From Emiliania huxleyi CCMP1516 (Eukaryota), in NCBI RefSeq assembly GCF_000372725.1, contig NW_005202303.1:62001-126000 (forward strand): a stretch of DNA of 64,000 nt. Reading direction: 5' to 3'. Shown here piece by piece: positions 27,337-40,315 of the stretch. The number at the start of each line of letters is the position of its first letter. Position 1 is the stretch's first letter. A model generated the notes under the pieces. That model worked only from the letters and a program-made list of their open reading frames with translations. It searched no databases and had not been told where the DNA came from. The position numbers were made by a program, and so were the translations under genes.

Positions 27337-28602
27337 ATGGACAACGACTACAATGATGAGAACGCCGGCAGCCTCCCTCACAATCGTGATGGCGACGGCC
27401 AGGCAGCTGGTGGCACTGAGCCCGTCGAGAAGCAGGGTCTGACAGAGGCCATCGAGGACTTCAGCGAAATGGGCCTGCGTGACGACCTTCTCCGCGGCAT
27501 TTACGCCTATGGCTTTGAGCGCCCGACCCCGATTCAGCAGCGTGCGATCAAGCCGCTCTGCGCTGTGCGAGACACCCTCGCGCAAGCCCAGTCCGGCCAG
27601 GGCAAAACTGGCGCTTTTACCATCGGCACCCTCCACACTCTCGACCTCAACGAGCGCGACTGCCAGGTGATCATTCTCTCAAACACGCGCGAGCTGGCAA
27701 AGCAGACGGCGGAGGTCGTCGCGGGCCTCGGCCAGTACATGAACGTGTCGAGCATGGCCTGCATCGGCGGCCAGGCGATGCGCGAGTCCATGGAGGCGCT
27801 CCGGCGTGGGGTTCAGGTCGTGGTTGGCACGCCTGGGCGCGTGCTCCACATGATCACAAACGGCGCGCTCCGCACCGGCCGAGTCCACTACCTCATCCTC
27901 GACGAGGCGGACGAGATGCTCAAGGAGGAGCGCGGCGAGGGTGGCTCCTTCAAGGACCAGGTCCACAGCATCTTCGACACGCTCCCGCCCTCGGTCGCGG
28001 TGGGCCTCTTCTCTGCAACGATGCCGGACGAGGTGGTCGCGCTCTCCAACAAGTTCATGCGAGAGCCCATCCGCATTTTGGTAAAGCGCGAGGCCGTCAC
28101 GCTCGCGGGCATCAAGCAGTTCTACATCCACGTGGGGGACCGCGAGGAATTCAAGCTCGAGGTCTTGCTCGACCTGTACGAGACAATCACGATCACGCAA
28201 GCCATAGTCTTTGCCTCCTCCCGCAAGCGCGTCGAGTGGCTGGCCGCGCAGCTCAACGAGCACGACTTCGCGTGCAGCCAGATGCACGCCGACCTTGACC
28301 AGCGCGAACGGCAGGCGACCATGCGCGCGTTCAAGACAGGCGCCACGCGCATCCTCATCAGCACCGACGTGCTCGCGCGCGGCATCGACGTCCAGCAGGT
28401 GTCGCTCGTGATCAACTTCGACCTGCCCCGCGACCGTGAGAACTACATCCACCGCATCGGGCGCGCCGGCCGGAACGGCCGCAAGGGCGTGGCGGTCAAC
28501 TTCATCACCACCGACGACGTGCGCGCGCTCCGCGAGATCGAGCGCTTCTACTCGACAGAGATTGACGAGATGCCAAAGAACATTGCCGAGATGATCGGGT
28601 GA
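27337..28602 (+). CDS. eIF4A: eIF4A-like DEAD-box RNA helicase, intronless CDS
   Basis: [30 protein letters not shown] (Q motif), [63 protein letters not shown]. Confidence 0.95.
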   Translation: MDNDYNDENAGSLPHNRDGDGQAAGGTEPVEKQGLTEAIEDFSEMGLRDDLLRGIYAYGFERPTPIQQRAIKPLCAVRDTLAQAQSGQGKTGAFTIGTLHTLDLNERDCQVIILSNTRELAKQTAEVVAGLGQYMNVSSMACIGGQAMRESMEALRRGVQVVVGTPGRVLHMITNGALRTGRVHYLILDEADEMLKEERGEGGSFKDQVHSIFDTLPPSVAVGLFSATMPDEVVALSNKFMREPIRILVKREAVTLAGIKQFYIHVGDREEFKLEVLLDLYETITITQAIVFASSRKRVEWLAAQLNEHDFACSQMHADLDQRERQATMRAFKTGATRILISTDVLARGIDVQQVSLVINFDLPRDRENYIHRIGRAGRNGRKGVAVNFITTDDVRALREIERFYSTEIDEMPKNIAEMIG

Positions 28603-29038
28603 GCGCGTCGAGCGGCGAGGCGTGGACGCGCGGTGGGGCTGGTCACTACGAGTGCTTGCTTGCAGCCTTGCACACCTCACTCTGGGCGGCGACACCTGCG
28701 ACTTGAGCTAGTGCCTCTTCGTGCGTGCGGTGGGGCCGTGGTGTTGTGCTTGTTTGTGTGACAGACTCGCGTCGAGCTAAGTCAATTAAATTGTTGGTGT
28801 CCGCCGCGGGCGCTATCTTTAGACTCGTCGGTGTGGGGGGCGGGGGACCGGGGACGGGGCGGGGGGGGGGGGGGTCACGTCACTCTGCATCCTCTCTCAA
28901 CGCCGGCGGCGCGCGCGGGAGGCCGAGACCGGTGTACTCACTGATGGGAGCAGTCCTATACCATGATAATACGCCGCAGATCTCGAAAAGTGTTACATTT
29001 GCCCAGACCAAATCCATAAGACGGAGGCATGCCTGTGT

Positions 29039-30642
29039 CTACTCACGCGCGCCGTCACGGTCAGGCGCCTGGGTTTTCCTGTTCCGCGAGCTGTTCAGCG
29101 GTGCTCTCCCCTCCAGCCCCGCCAGCCTCGCCCTCGACCGCGAGCCCTGCCGCGTGCTCCCCGACCGCAGCTTGGGCCGTGCGCCACCTGGCCTGGGTCG
29201 CGAGGCTTCTGCCGGCAGCCCGACCGCCCTGAGGAGCCCCGCCTGTTGTCCCGGCCGCTGGACCGAGCTGCAATCGCGCTTGCCCTTGCAGTGGCACGCG
29301 CCGACGCACGCGGTCGGCTCGATGCGCGGTGGTGTGCGGATCCCGCAGCCGTGCAGCGCGTCGGCGAACTCGGCGCCGTACTTCATGCACACGTTGAACG
29401 GCTCGCCGACGCAGCCCGTGATCTGCTTCCAGCGCGTGCGGTCCGTCGGCATCGCTGCAGTGAACATCGACCGGCGGAAGGTGCGGATGCGGGACAGCAC
29501 GCCCGCCTCGGTGTAGCGGCGCGCGGCGAGCTGCTCCGGGTTGCCTATGGGGCATTCGTCTCGGGTGAGTCTCGCGTCACACCGCCGCGATGCGATCTCC
29601 TCTGGTGCTGCCGCGGAAGCCAAAGTACTTTTCCGGCGTGACGACGACGGGCTGCAGGATGTCGAGTGTGCCCATGAGCAGCTCCCTCGGCGCGACTAGC
29701 CATCGGTCGCACATGTAGTCCTTCTCGCCGCGTGAGGAAGGCATATGGACGTAGCGTGGGTCGAGCGCCCCGAGGTCGAGCCTGCACACATAGAACTGGT
29801 CCGTCCGCGTCACGACGAAACGTCCGTACGCCTCGAGCAGCCCGTGCTCCCGCACCTGTTGCATCGGTCCACTCGAGGTGCGGCGCAATCTCGGCGCAAT
29901 TAAACTCTGCGCAATCTCGGCTCTATCTTCTCCATCTTCCACACCTTCCGCATCAGGACCCACTTCAAGTATGGCACAATCACGCCATTGCCCTGTGGCG
30001 TCGGCGAGGCGCCGCCAAAGACAAGCTGAGAGCTCTTTGTGTTGTTGGCCGCGATCCTATCCACCGACTGAGCTTTGATAAGCGTCTCTCCCCGCTTGGG
30101 TGTCGTCGCGTTGTCGGCGGTGAGTCCTGCGCCATGCGCCGTTCCCGCCCATTGAGTCGAGTGCGACGGCCCAGTCTCTGTACTCCTCCACCTCCCACAC
30201 GTACCTGGGGCGCAAACGGCGAGGTGGTGTCACACCTCTTGACATGTGAGCGCGTGGCCGGACTTGTCGGGCCTCTCTCGACTGAGTTGTGAGTGAAAAC
30301 CCACCCTTCCCACAGGCGAAAGAGCACCCACACACCTGGCGTGCCGGTAGAGAGATATATCCTGCTTCTGCTGCGCGGTTGCTGCGCCTGAGTAGTGAGA
30401 TTGCCGTTTTCATCGAATGATCAGAAGAACCACGCCAGAGCGATTCGGCGACTGAGTCGGACAGCCGCAGTGCAACGCGCGCGGGCGGCGGGGCGACAGG
30501 CAGACGCGCCGAGCAGGAGGGCGAGGTCGGCGCGGTTGGGCTCGAGCAGGTTCTTGTACAACGAATCCCACGTGCTGCTGCCGCCCCGCGCGTTCCCCAG
30601 CAGACACACAAGCGTGCCGCTCGACGCTGTCGTGTCGGCCAT
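29039..30642 (-). CDS. Putative glycosyltransferase-like algal protein, multi-exon or partly disrupted
   Basis: LVCLLGNARGG..TWDSLYKNLL, YVWEVEEYRDWAVALD, YGRFVVTRTDQFYVC, YMCDRWLV, NPEQL, MFTAA...DRTRW; resembles uncharacterised algal GT-A-like families. Confidence 0.45.
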
Positions 30643-30824
30643 GTGTCGGTGCTGACGCGGACGACCGCGATCTTCAAACTTACCGGTAAAGCGGCCAGGT
30701 ACTTTTAGGCTGCTGTGGGAACAGCTGAACGCTGCTCGCCAAGGCTCGCCCCAGCATCGGGTAAAACAGACAACGAAGGGAGGGATTCAACGGTATTTCT
30801 TTCTGCCTCGCACCAACTCATGCC

Positions 30825-33718
30825 ATGGTTTCTGTTTTACCCGATGCCATGGTTTCGAGGTTGATGCTCCGCGAGCAGCAAATGTTCGGCGGCCCGCTCC
30901 CTATCACTACGCTGATCCCGGGCAGCGGGCCGGGCACCACCTTTGACGACACACGAGCGCCAGAGCCAATGGTGACGGTGCCGGATGGGCCGGAGCACGG
31001 CTGGAAGCGCGGCCTGACGCTGCCTCGCTACGTGCTCAACACTTCGGCGCCGCCTCGCCGGGCGGACCCCGTCAACCGCTACTTTCCGCGCTCCGACGAC
31101 GAGCGGGCGCCGCTGCTGCCGGAGCTCTTCATGCCGGGCTTTCCAAAGTGCTCGACGACATGGCTGTACAGCTGCATGTCAGAGGTGTGGAGCCCCGACT
31201 CAGCGGGCATCGGCTGCGGCAAGAAGCCAGACGGGTGGGGCGCCGACCGGTGCGGCAAGCGGTACCTCCTCGTCTCGCTCTCCACAAACGCGAAGGGCGA
31301 GACGCGCCCTCGCAAGGAGACCTTCTTCTTTGGGGGCACTCACTAGCCGAGCCTACCCGAGATTAGCCGCGACTAGCCGCGACTAGCCGCGACTAGCCGC
31401 GCCTAGCCGCAGCCGAGACTCGCCGAGACTCGCCGAGACTAGCCGAAGCCGAGGGAGATCTTCTCCCGACTCGAGAGGCCAGACACTTTGCATTCGGAGA
31501 GCAGCAGCAGCAGCAGAAGTTTCACCAGCGGCGGATTTCATGCAGAGGTTGACGTTCGCAGGCACGGGCGTCAAGTACTGGGACGGCGACTTCCTGGAGA
31601 TGCACGGGCCCGACCCGCGCAGCGGCAGCAAGGCGGACGCGCCGCCGCTGTGGCTGTGGCAGGAGACCGCGAAGCGGCTGCGCGCGCAGGCGAGGCGCGA
31701 GCTCGAGCCGAAGAGGCTTGGGCACCGGCCGAGCCGTCAGGACCTACACCTCGCAACTTCCCGCGCGGTGCGGCACCACATCCAAAACCTCGACGAGTTG
31801 TGCGGCGGCAGCAGCGACCGAGAAAATGTCGAGATGTAGCCGAGAGGGAGCCGAGAGGAGCCGAGAGGAGCCGAGAGGAGCCGAGAGGAGCCGAGATCTG
31901 CCGAGATCTGCCGAGATCTGCCGAGATCTGCCGAGATCTGCCGAGATATGCGGTGCCAATTGAGCGCGGGGGAGGTCGGTAGCAGCGACTTCACACCGTC
32001 ACAACTGTGAACAGGTCGCGGCACGGCCGAGCTCGCGTGCGTGCGAGTACGTCGCCGCCGCATCGCACAACGGATCGGCCGGCGGCGGCGGCGGCGGCGG
32101 CGCGGCGGCGGAGGGAGAGGCGGCTGGGGCAGTGGCGCGGGCGCGGGCAGAGATGCTCGAGTCGGCGCGGTCTCATTGCGCTGCGCGGCTTGGAGAGGAG
32201 GCGCGCTGCTCCGCTGTCGGCACTGGAATGCTGAGGCACGTCGCGGCCATCCCCGGCGGCGGTCCGAATGGCTGCTCGCACCCCGGCTGCCACCGGATCG
32301 CAAAGGGCCTGCCCGGCTCGTGGCAGCCAGTCTGCCAGTGGCTTCCGGAGCTGGACGCCAAGCTGAACCTGACCGACGCGCACTGCATCCGCTCGATCAC
32401 GCCGTGGGTCTCTTCTCGCGAGCTCAACCTTTCGTTGGTCGATTTCACGCCAAACTACCTCTGCGATGCGAAGGCGATGCAGCGCATCCACTTCTCCAGC
32501 CTCGACCCGTCGCGGCCGCGCTTCATTGTGGTGATGCGCGACCCGGTCATGCGCGCCTTTTCGGAGTGGTCGATGTTCGCGCTGGCGTGGAACTGGGATG
32601 CGGAGCGCAACTTCACCTCTGCGATGGAAGGCAAGCTCTCGGCGCTGCGGCGCTGCAACGAGACGCTCTTCGACCAGCCGCTGCTCCTCGAGACGCTGCC
32701 GACAGAAGAGCTCGCAGAGTACGTGCAGAGCTGCTACCGGCAAGGGCGCGCCATGATGTACCCACAGCTGTCCATGTACGCGCCCTGCATCCTGCACGCG
32801 CTGCGCTACTTTCGGCGCGAGCAGTTCCTCTTCCTGCGGTACGAGGACCTGATGAAGATGTCGGCCGAGGCGATCGTCCGGCTGGTGGGCCACTTCAGCG
32901 GGCTTCACCTCGACGCGGAGCTCGTTGCGCAGGCCGTCGAGGGCGGAAAGTGCCAGCCGTCGCACCGCGAGCACTCGGCGCCTCCTCCCGGCTCGAACCC
33001 GCCGCCCGCGTAAGAATTATTCACGGTCAACTGTTCACTCTTGTTCATCACTAATAGGCTCGAACTCGTCCCGCGGGCCGGTCAAAGGGCGGCCGATGTC
33101 CTTCAGCGACACGTCGCCCGACGCAGCCGACTACCTCGCCGACACGGGCACGCGCCCGGAGCGCTTCTCGGAGAACCTTCCAGGAACCTTCTAGGCACCT
33201 TCTAGGCACCCTCTAGGCACGCACCTGGAGCGCTTCTTCGACCCGTACAACCAGATGCTGGTGCGCGCCATCGGCACGCCCTTCCGCTGGAGGCGGCGCG
33301 ACCACCGCAAGCGGTTCCTCAACGCGACGGAGAAGGAGGCGGCGCGTGTGGCGCTCGAGCAACGCGACGCGCAAAAGGCGGAGAACAAGCGAGACCCGCC
33401 GAGAGTGGCTCTAGCGAGATCGGCCGTGATTGAGGGAGATCAGTTCCGCTCGCCGCGCGGCGCAAAGGCGGAGGAGGCCCCGCGGGCGCAACGCGGAGCG
33501 GAGGACGGCGTCTCTTCACAGACGCCGGCGTGTCACAGGCGGAGAACAAGCGCAAGCGCAAGGCGAAGCTGCGCGAGCAGGTGAAGGCCAACAACGAGTG
33601 GGCGAAGAAGCAGAAGCTGAGGCGCCAGGCGAGTGGCCGGAAGGCGAGTGGGCGGAGGGCGCTTCGCGCCGCCATGGCGGAGGCGCGAGCGGAGGGGGGC
33701 GGCAAGCTCAAGGCTTGA
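30825..33718 (+). CDS. Sulfotransferase (heparan-sulfate sulfotransferase-like) with a basic C-terminal tail, multi-exon
   Basis: LPELFMPGFPKCSTTWLY (5'-PSB), KETFFF, VDFTPNYL, RFIVVMRDPVMRAFSEWSM (3'-PB), SMYAPCILHALRYFRREQFLFLRYEDL, LERFFDPYNQML. Confidence 0.85.
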
Positions 33719-33940
33719 TCATCAGTTGCGACCGTGCGACCGCCGAGGCGAGGCATCACGTTGTCCAGTCAGAGTAGTCATGTCCGAGAGACACACTGTG
33801 GAGCGGAGTCCAGTGTGCGATGTGCATATCCATATGCGGTCCCAGACTCAGAGACGCGCGCGAGCCGGCTGTCCGCTGTATCGTGTATGTACATATTTCT
33901 TATTTGAGCGAGCCGAACGAAAAACTACTTAGCTTCTTTC

Positions 33941-34033
33941 ACAACAAAGAACCCTGCACAAAGACCGCAGGGCGGGGACCTGTTCCATTTTACCCATCTC
34001 CTAGTAGAGGTGTCCGTTTTATTTATTTATTTA
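33941..34033 (+). mobile_element. Short 3'-end copy of the LINE-like element
   Basis: acaaagaaccctgcacaaaga..gcagggcggggacctgttcc...tacccatctc..agtagaggtgtccgtt(ttta)n matches 6282-6372. Confidence 0.65.
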
Positions 34034-34405
34034 CAAAAGCCTCTCTCAAACGCACGCACGATTCACACGGTAGGTTTTTTCTGGGGACGTCTTGCAGCTG
34101 TCATCCTCACAGTATCGCTGCGATCGTCCGCTCCGGGTGCGTGTACGTGTGGTACGTGTCCTAACTCGATCCGGGAGGTGCCGTCACCGCCGATCCCCCA
34201 TCTCCCCAAACACGCCCGCTATTGCCGGCTGCAAGCTGTGCGTTGCGGTCGCGCCTGCAACGGGTTTTTATTGTCCCGGAAGGACAAACTAACTGCGGCC
34301 CGCGCCATGCGTGCGTCTGCGCCCCAGTGCCGGAGGAACTCCAAGAGGCCAAGGATCCCGAACCCAGCAATCGGGTGCGGTTGAGAGTGAGAGTGCTGCA
34401 CACAA

Positions 34406-37400
34406 ATGCTCGCCCTCCTCCCCACCCTCCACCTCTCGAGCGCCGCGCCACTCACGCTCGAAGGCAGCACGCTCCGTCTCGCCGGCGCCGGCGGCAGCGT
34501 CCTCCTCGAAGGAATGGACCGCTCGCTCCGCGCCTCGCCCAGCGGGACTGGCGGTGTCTTTCTGCATGGCGATTTCCGCGAGCCGATGGCCGCCGCGGAC
34601 GTCTCGCTCGGGACGCTGCACTGCGGACGGCTCCTCTCGACGGCACGCTGCACGCGCTACTGGATGGCGCCGGCCGTGGGCGACTCGGCCGCCGACGTGC
34701 CTCTCGACTCGCAAATGGTGCTGCTCGAGTTTGCTGCGGCTGCGCCGCGGGTGGGCGCGGAGGCGGCGTGCTACGCGCTGATGCTGCCTCTCGTCGACCG
34801 CGAGGCGCGCTCCTCCCTCTCGGCGGCCGGCATGTCGCTGCCGCGCTTTGTGCGCAGGCTCAGCCGCCGCCTGCTGCCCCGCCTCCTGCCCCGCTTCCGG
34901 CTCGCTCGCGGGCTGAGCTTGCACGTCGAGTCGGGGGACGAGGCTGTGCGCGTGCCTGCCGGCGCCTGCTTGCTGTACGTCGCCGCCGGCGCCGACCCGT
35001 ACGAGCTGATCGCGCGCGGCGTCGCCGAGGTGCCGCAGACACACTCACACCGCTCACCCGCGTGCACCGGGCCTTGCACTCTCACCTTATCTTGCCTCAC
35101 CTTAGGTTGCCGCGCGCCTCGGGACCTTTGCTCCCAGAGCCGCCAAGCCGGTTCCCCCCTCGGCGGACGTGTTTGGCTGGTGCACGTGGGACGGCTTCTA
35201 CTCGCGCGTCGCTCCAGAGGACGTGCTCGCAGGCGCCGCCTGGCGTCGGGTCATCTCGGCTCATCTCGGCTCATCTCGGCTCATCTCGGGTCATCTCGGG
35301 AGCAGGCGCCGCGTCGCTCAACGAGGCGGGCGTGCCGCCGCGGCTGATCGTGCTCGACGACGGCTGGCAGACCGTCACGCCGCCCCCGCCGCCCGCCGCA
35401 GCCGAGCCTGCTCCCGAGCGTGCGCCGGCGCCTGCACCCGTCCGGCCTGCACTGGCAGAGGCTGCGGCGGCCGAGGAGGCGGCGGCTGGGCAAGTGGCGG
35501 TTGGGCAAGTGGCGGTTGGGCAAGTGGCGGTTGGGCAAGTTGCGGCTGCAGGACCCGCGCCGCCGCCCGCGGCCGAGGCGAGCGGTGTGGTGGAGAGACT
35601 GGCGGGCCGCGTCTCGCTCCAGCTGAGGCGCGCGTTCGCCGTCCTCGCCGCCGCCGCCTCGCGCGGTCTGCAGCGGTGGTATGAGCGTGTCGTCTCTCGC
35701 AGCCGGTACGGCTCGCTGCCTGTGCGGGTGTGCGGACGCTGGCGAGGAGATCAGCCGAGATCAGCCGAGATCAGCCGAGATGGCACTGGCTGCAGGTGTG
35801 GACGCTGCTCGCGACGAGGCTGCTCCGCTCGACGATGGAGGAGCAGCTACGAGAGCGAGAGGGGCGCTAGCCTGAAATGGAGGACGGGGAGGATGAAACA
35901 CAATGAAGAGGAGTGGTGCGAGAGCGAGACCGACTTTAGCCTGAGGAGGAAGCACAGTGGAGTAGGAGTACTACGAGAGCGAGACTGACTTTGGCCGCCA
36001 GCTCGGCGCCTTCGCTCCAAACCGAAAGTTCGAGGCTTCGGCGAGCGGCGAGGCGGCGGAGCGCGCCGGCGGCCCCACGCTGGCGAGGCTCGTGCGGGAG
36101 CTCAAGCAGCGGCACGGCGTGCGGTACGTGTACGCCTGGCACGCCCTGCACGGCTACTGGCGAGAGATAGCCGAGACGTCGCCGCGTCTCTCGGAGCGGC
36201 GTATCTCGGCTATATCTCGGCTATTTCTCGGTCAGGCGTGGCGTCGCCGCGTCCCTCGGAGCGGCCGAAGGGCTCGAGGTGCAGCAAGTCTTCGCGAGCC
36301 CGTCGGCGCACCTTCAGCGAGTCGAGCCGCAGGCGACCTCGCGCGATCTCGGCCGATCTCGGCCGATCTCGGCCGATCTCGGCCGATCTCGGGCGATCTC
36401 ATGAGCCGCAGGTGCGGTGGGACGCGATGACGCTGTTCGGCACCGGCCTCCTCCTCTCGCGCCCGCAGCTGGACGCCTTCTTCGCCAGGCTGCACGCGCC
36501 GCTCGCCGCCGCCGGCGTGGACGGCGTCAAGGTCGGCGTGCAGTGGGGGCCGGCCTCGCTCAAAAAAGAAACCACGTCGGCCTGAAAAAGAAACGGCGGG
36601 GCGTAGGTCGACGTGCAGTCGGGGTTGGCCTCGCTCGGTGGCGGGGTGGGGGGCGGGCCCTCGCTGGCTGCGCGCTACGTGGGCGCGCTCGAGGCGTCGG
36701 TCGCCACCACCTTTGGGCCGCACCGCATCCGCTGCATGCCATCGTCGTTCGTGATGAGCCATTCATCGTCCGTGAGTGATCGACTAGGCCGCGCCTCCCC
36801 CGCTGCACGCCATCATTTCTGACCGATCCTGAGCCTCTCCTGAGTGATCACTCAGGCCGCACCTCCTCCACTGCATGTGCCACTCCACCGAGAACCTCTA
36901 CCGCTACACCCACGGCAGCCTGCTCCGCGCCTCGGACGACTTTTACCCGAGCCGGCCCGCGTCGCACACGATGCACATCGTCAACGTCGGCTACAACTCG
37001 CTCCTCCTCGGCGAGCTCGGCGTCCCCGACTGGGACATGTTCACCTCGCTCAACGAGGCCGAGAGACAGCCGAGAGGCAGCCGAGAGGCAGCCGAGAGGC
37101 AGCCGAGAGGCAGCCGAGAGGCAGCCGAGGTGCAGCCGAGGTGCAGCCGAGAGGCAGCCGAGAGGCAGCATAGAGGCAGCCGAGAGGCAGCCGAGAGACA
37201 GCCGAGAGGCAGCCGAGGTGCAGCCGAGGTGCAGCCGAGGTGCAGCCGAGAGGCAGCCGAGAGGCAGCCGAGAGGCAGCCGAGAGGCAGCCGAGGTGCAG
37301 CCGAGAGGCAGCCGAGAGGCAGCATAGAGGCAGCCGAGAGGCAGCCGATGAGGCAGCCATCGCCGAGCTGCCGCTCGAGTGCCCCTCCCTCAGTGCCCGC

Positions 37401-38732
37401 CGCACAAAGAGACCGCACACAGAGCAACACGCCCCACGCCCCCACGCCCACCTGCCAGGCCGCGTCGCTGCACGCCGCCGCGCGCGCCATCAGCGGCGGA
37501 CCCGTCTACGTCTCGGACGCGTCCATGGTAGGGTCCATGACATGTCCGAGACATGTCCCATAGGCGGGCCCGTCTACGTCTCGGACGCGCCGGGGCAGCA
37601 CGACGTCGCTCTGCTGCGCAAGCTCGCCCTGCTAGATGCGGCGTACAGCACCCGCGTGCTCCGAGCGCACTGAGACGCGTGAGACGCTCCGCTGTCTTCC
37701 CGCTATGCTGCTTGTGCTCGTAGCCCAGCTAGTACTCACGTGCTGACTCGACTGCACACGATCTCCCCACCTCTCCCCACCTCTCCCCACCTCTCCCCAC
37801 CTCTCCCCATCTCTCCGGACCACACGGCACGAAACCGTCCTCCACGCCCGGGACGCTGGCGTATCCTTCGCACAGGCTCGTCCTGCCCGACGGCGCCACG
37901 CTCCGCGCCGCCGCCGCCGGCACCCCGACGCGGCGACTCAGCGGCGATTGCCTCTTGACAGCGTTCTCTTGATTGCCACATGGCGTCTTCTTCAGGCCGC
38001 CCGACGCGCGATTGCCTCTTCGCGGACGTCACCTCCGACGGCGTCTCAGCCCTGAAGCTCTGGAACTACAATGGCAACCACAATGGCGAGTGCAACGGCG
38101 AGTGCAATGGCGCCGGCACCGCGCGCCTCCCGCCGAATGCGCGGAGCCTAGATGCGGCACTCTAAGGCACAGCCCCGGACCCAAGATCACGCAGACGACC
38201 GTCGAGAGCAGACAGGCAGCGACGACAGTCGGGAAGGCACACTGGGCCCCAGGAGGGCGAGCGTGAGAGCGGCCTGTTATGCTGTGAGCTCTAGCTGGTG
38301 AGTGAGCTCCAACGCAGCTCGTCGCTCGCTAGATGCAGACTCTCACACTCCAGCTAACGCTCGATCGGACGCGTGCTCGGCTGTCTCGCAGGCTGCGTTG
38401 CAGCTGTACTCGCTGTATTCGCAGCCCGCGTCTGTTCGCACTGTGCTACTTCACGCCCTGTCTACCCCGCAGGCGGTGGTCGGCGCCTTCAACGTGCAGG
38501 GCGCGCGGTGGGATTTCGAGACGCACGGGCCGGTCGCCGCAGCGCAGCCGCCGCAGCCCGTTTCGGCGCTGGTTCGGCCGCACGATGCGGATTGCTTGCG
38601 GCCGCACGGCGGCCGTTTCGCCGTCTGGTCGCACCTCGGCTCGCGTCTCGAGGTGCTGCCGTCTCCCTCGAGCCCCCCTCCCTCCGTCCCCCTCCCCCCC
38701 CTCCCCCCTCTTCTCTCCCTCCCCCCCTCCCC

Positions 38733-38809
<77 letters not shown>

Positions 38810-38848
38810 TCCCTCTCCCTCTCTCCCTCTCTCTCTCTCCCTCTCTCT

Positions 38849-38899
<51 letters not shown>

Positions 38900-39387
38900 C
38901 CCCCCTCCCTCCCTCCCTCTCTCCCCGCCGTCTCTCTCGTGTCAGCGGGATTGTGAATATGCACCTCCCTCCCTCGCCCCCACAGGTGCTGCCGTCGGGG
39001 TCGGCGGCGGCGCAAGTGACGCTGCAGCACCGAGAGTGGGAGGTCCTGACGATCGCGCCCGTCCTGGCGCAAGGCCGCGTCGAGTGGGCGCCCCTCGGGC
39101 TAGTTGAGATGATCAACGCGGGCGGCGCCGTCGTCGCAACCACGCTGACGCGCGCACCCGCTGACGACCACGACGCGGAGGCGCGGCTGACGTCGCGCGC
39201 CGCCGGGCGCTTCCTCGCATACTGCACGCCGCGCCCGGCCTCCGTCTGGCGCGAGGGGGGCGAGCTCGGGCTGCCCTTTAGCTACGACGACGCCACTGGC
39301 CTTCTCGCGATGCAGATCGACGAGGCGACGGCGAGCAAGCCGGCGGAGCTCCTCGTGCATTGGTGTGAGGGTCGTGCAATTTGGTAA
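34406..39387 (+). CDS. Raffinose synthase / seed-imbibition alkaline alpha-galactosidase (GH36), multi-exon
   Basis: [126 protein letters not shown]. Confidence 0.92.
37059..37347 (+). repeat. Intronic 10/11-mer tandem array (gagaggcagcc / gaggtgcagcc)
   Basis: Roughly 25 tandem units inside a GH36 intron. Confidence 0.9.
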
Positions 39388-39854
39388 ATAAAAGAAAGGA
39401 AACAGACAGCCAGAGGGCGTAGGGCGAGCGGCCCCGAGGGATCTCTGGACTCTGGGAGAAGTCAGAACACAGAAGAGGGGGGATCCGACCGCGGGAAATC
39501 TTTTTAATTTTATCCATCCGCCCCTGTGAGACCATGTGTCCACGGCATGGGTTACTCTTACCAACGGTAAGTGAGTTGGTCGGCGAGATAACCGAGATCC
39601 TCTGGAAGGTTGAAGGGCGGCGGACGTGCTGCAGAGAACAAGCTGACGCGGTGCACAGAGCTAAGTGCCTCGCCGTCCTCGCAGGAGTCGCTTAGGCGGC
39701 TCCCGTGGTGTACCTGTGTTAGTGCCAGTGCGCGCCAGTCCCGTGCCCAGTGTCGTGCGCGTGAGTGAGTATTCTTGATACGAAACCACGACGACACACA
39801 CCACGAGTGACCAGTCGACTCGCATCGGTTGCCTCCATGAACGGCGGAGCTATT

Positions 39855-39904
<50 letters not shown>

Positions 39905-39907
<3 letters not shown>

Positions 39908-40228
39908 AAGAAAGAAAGAAAACAGACAACCCAAGGGAGGGATGGGAGGACACAGAAAGAAAGAAAGAAAGAAAACAGACAACCCAAGGGAGGGATGGGA
40001 GGACGGCACGCCGCCACCACACAGGGATTTTAAGGAGAGGTGTGTGATGCGCTAGCCGTCGCCCACCCTAGGGAGTCTGCCTCTTCCTATCTCTCTTCGC
40101 AGTCTCTCGCCGCTTCTCGCTGCAGCCTTCATGCCACCTCGCGGTCGTCCCACTCTCGTCGTTCTCTCCCTTGTCATTGGGAGGACACAGAAAGAAAGAA
40201 AACAGACAACCCAAGGGAGGGATGGGAA
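39905..40228. repeat. Three copies of a (GAAA)n-aacagacaacccaagggagggatggga unit
   Basis: Copies at about 39905-39952, 39953-40003 and 40179-40228; a related start lies at ~39390. Confidence 0.7.
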
Positions 40229-40315
40229 CATGTGTGTGTCGAGGTAGTCAAATTCTTTTTGATCACGCAACCATCCAAAGGGGGCGCTTTTGCTCTTGCA
40301 TGCTATACACACATC

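Noticed and set aside
27679..28695. 338-aa minus-strand ORF
   Set aside because: Antisense of eIF4A.
37059..37347. Regular repeat array as a possible CRISPR
   Set aside because: Contiguous 10/11-mers with no unique spacers, inside a eukaryotic intron, and no cas genes.
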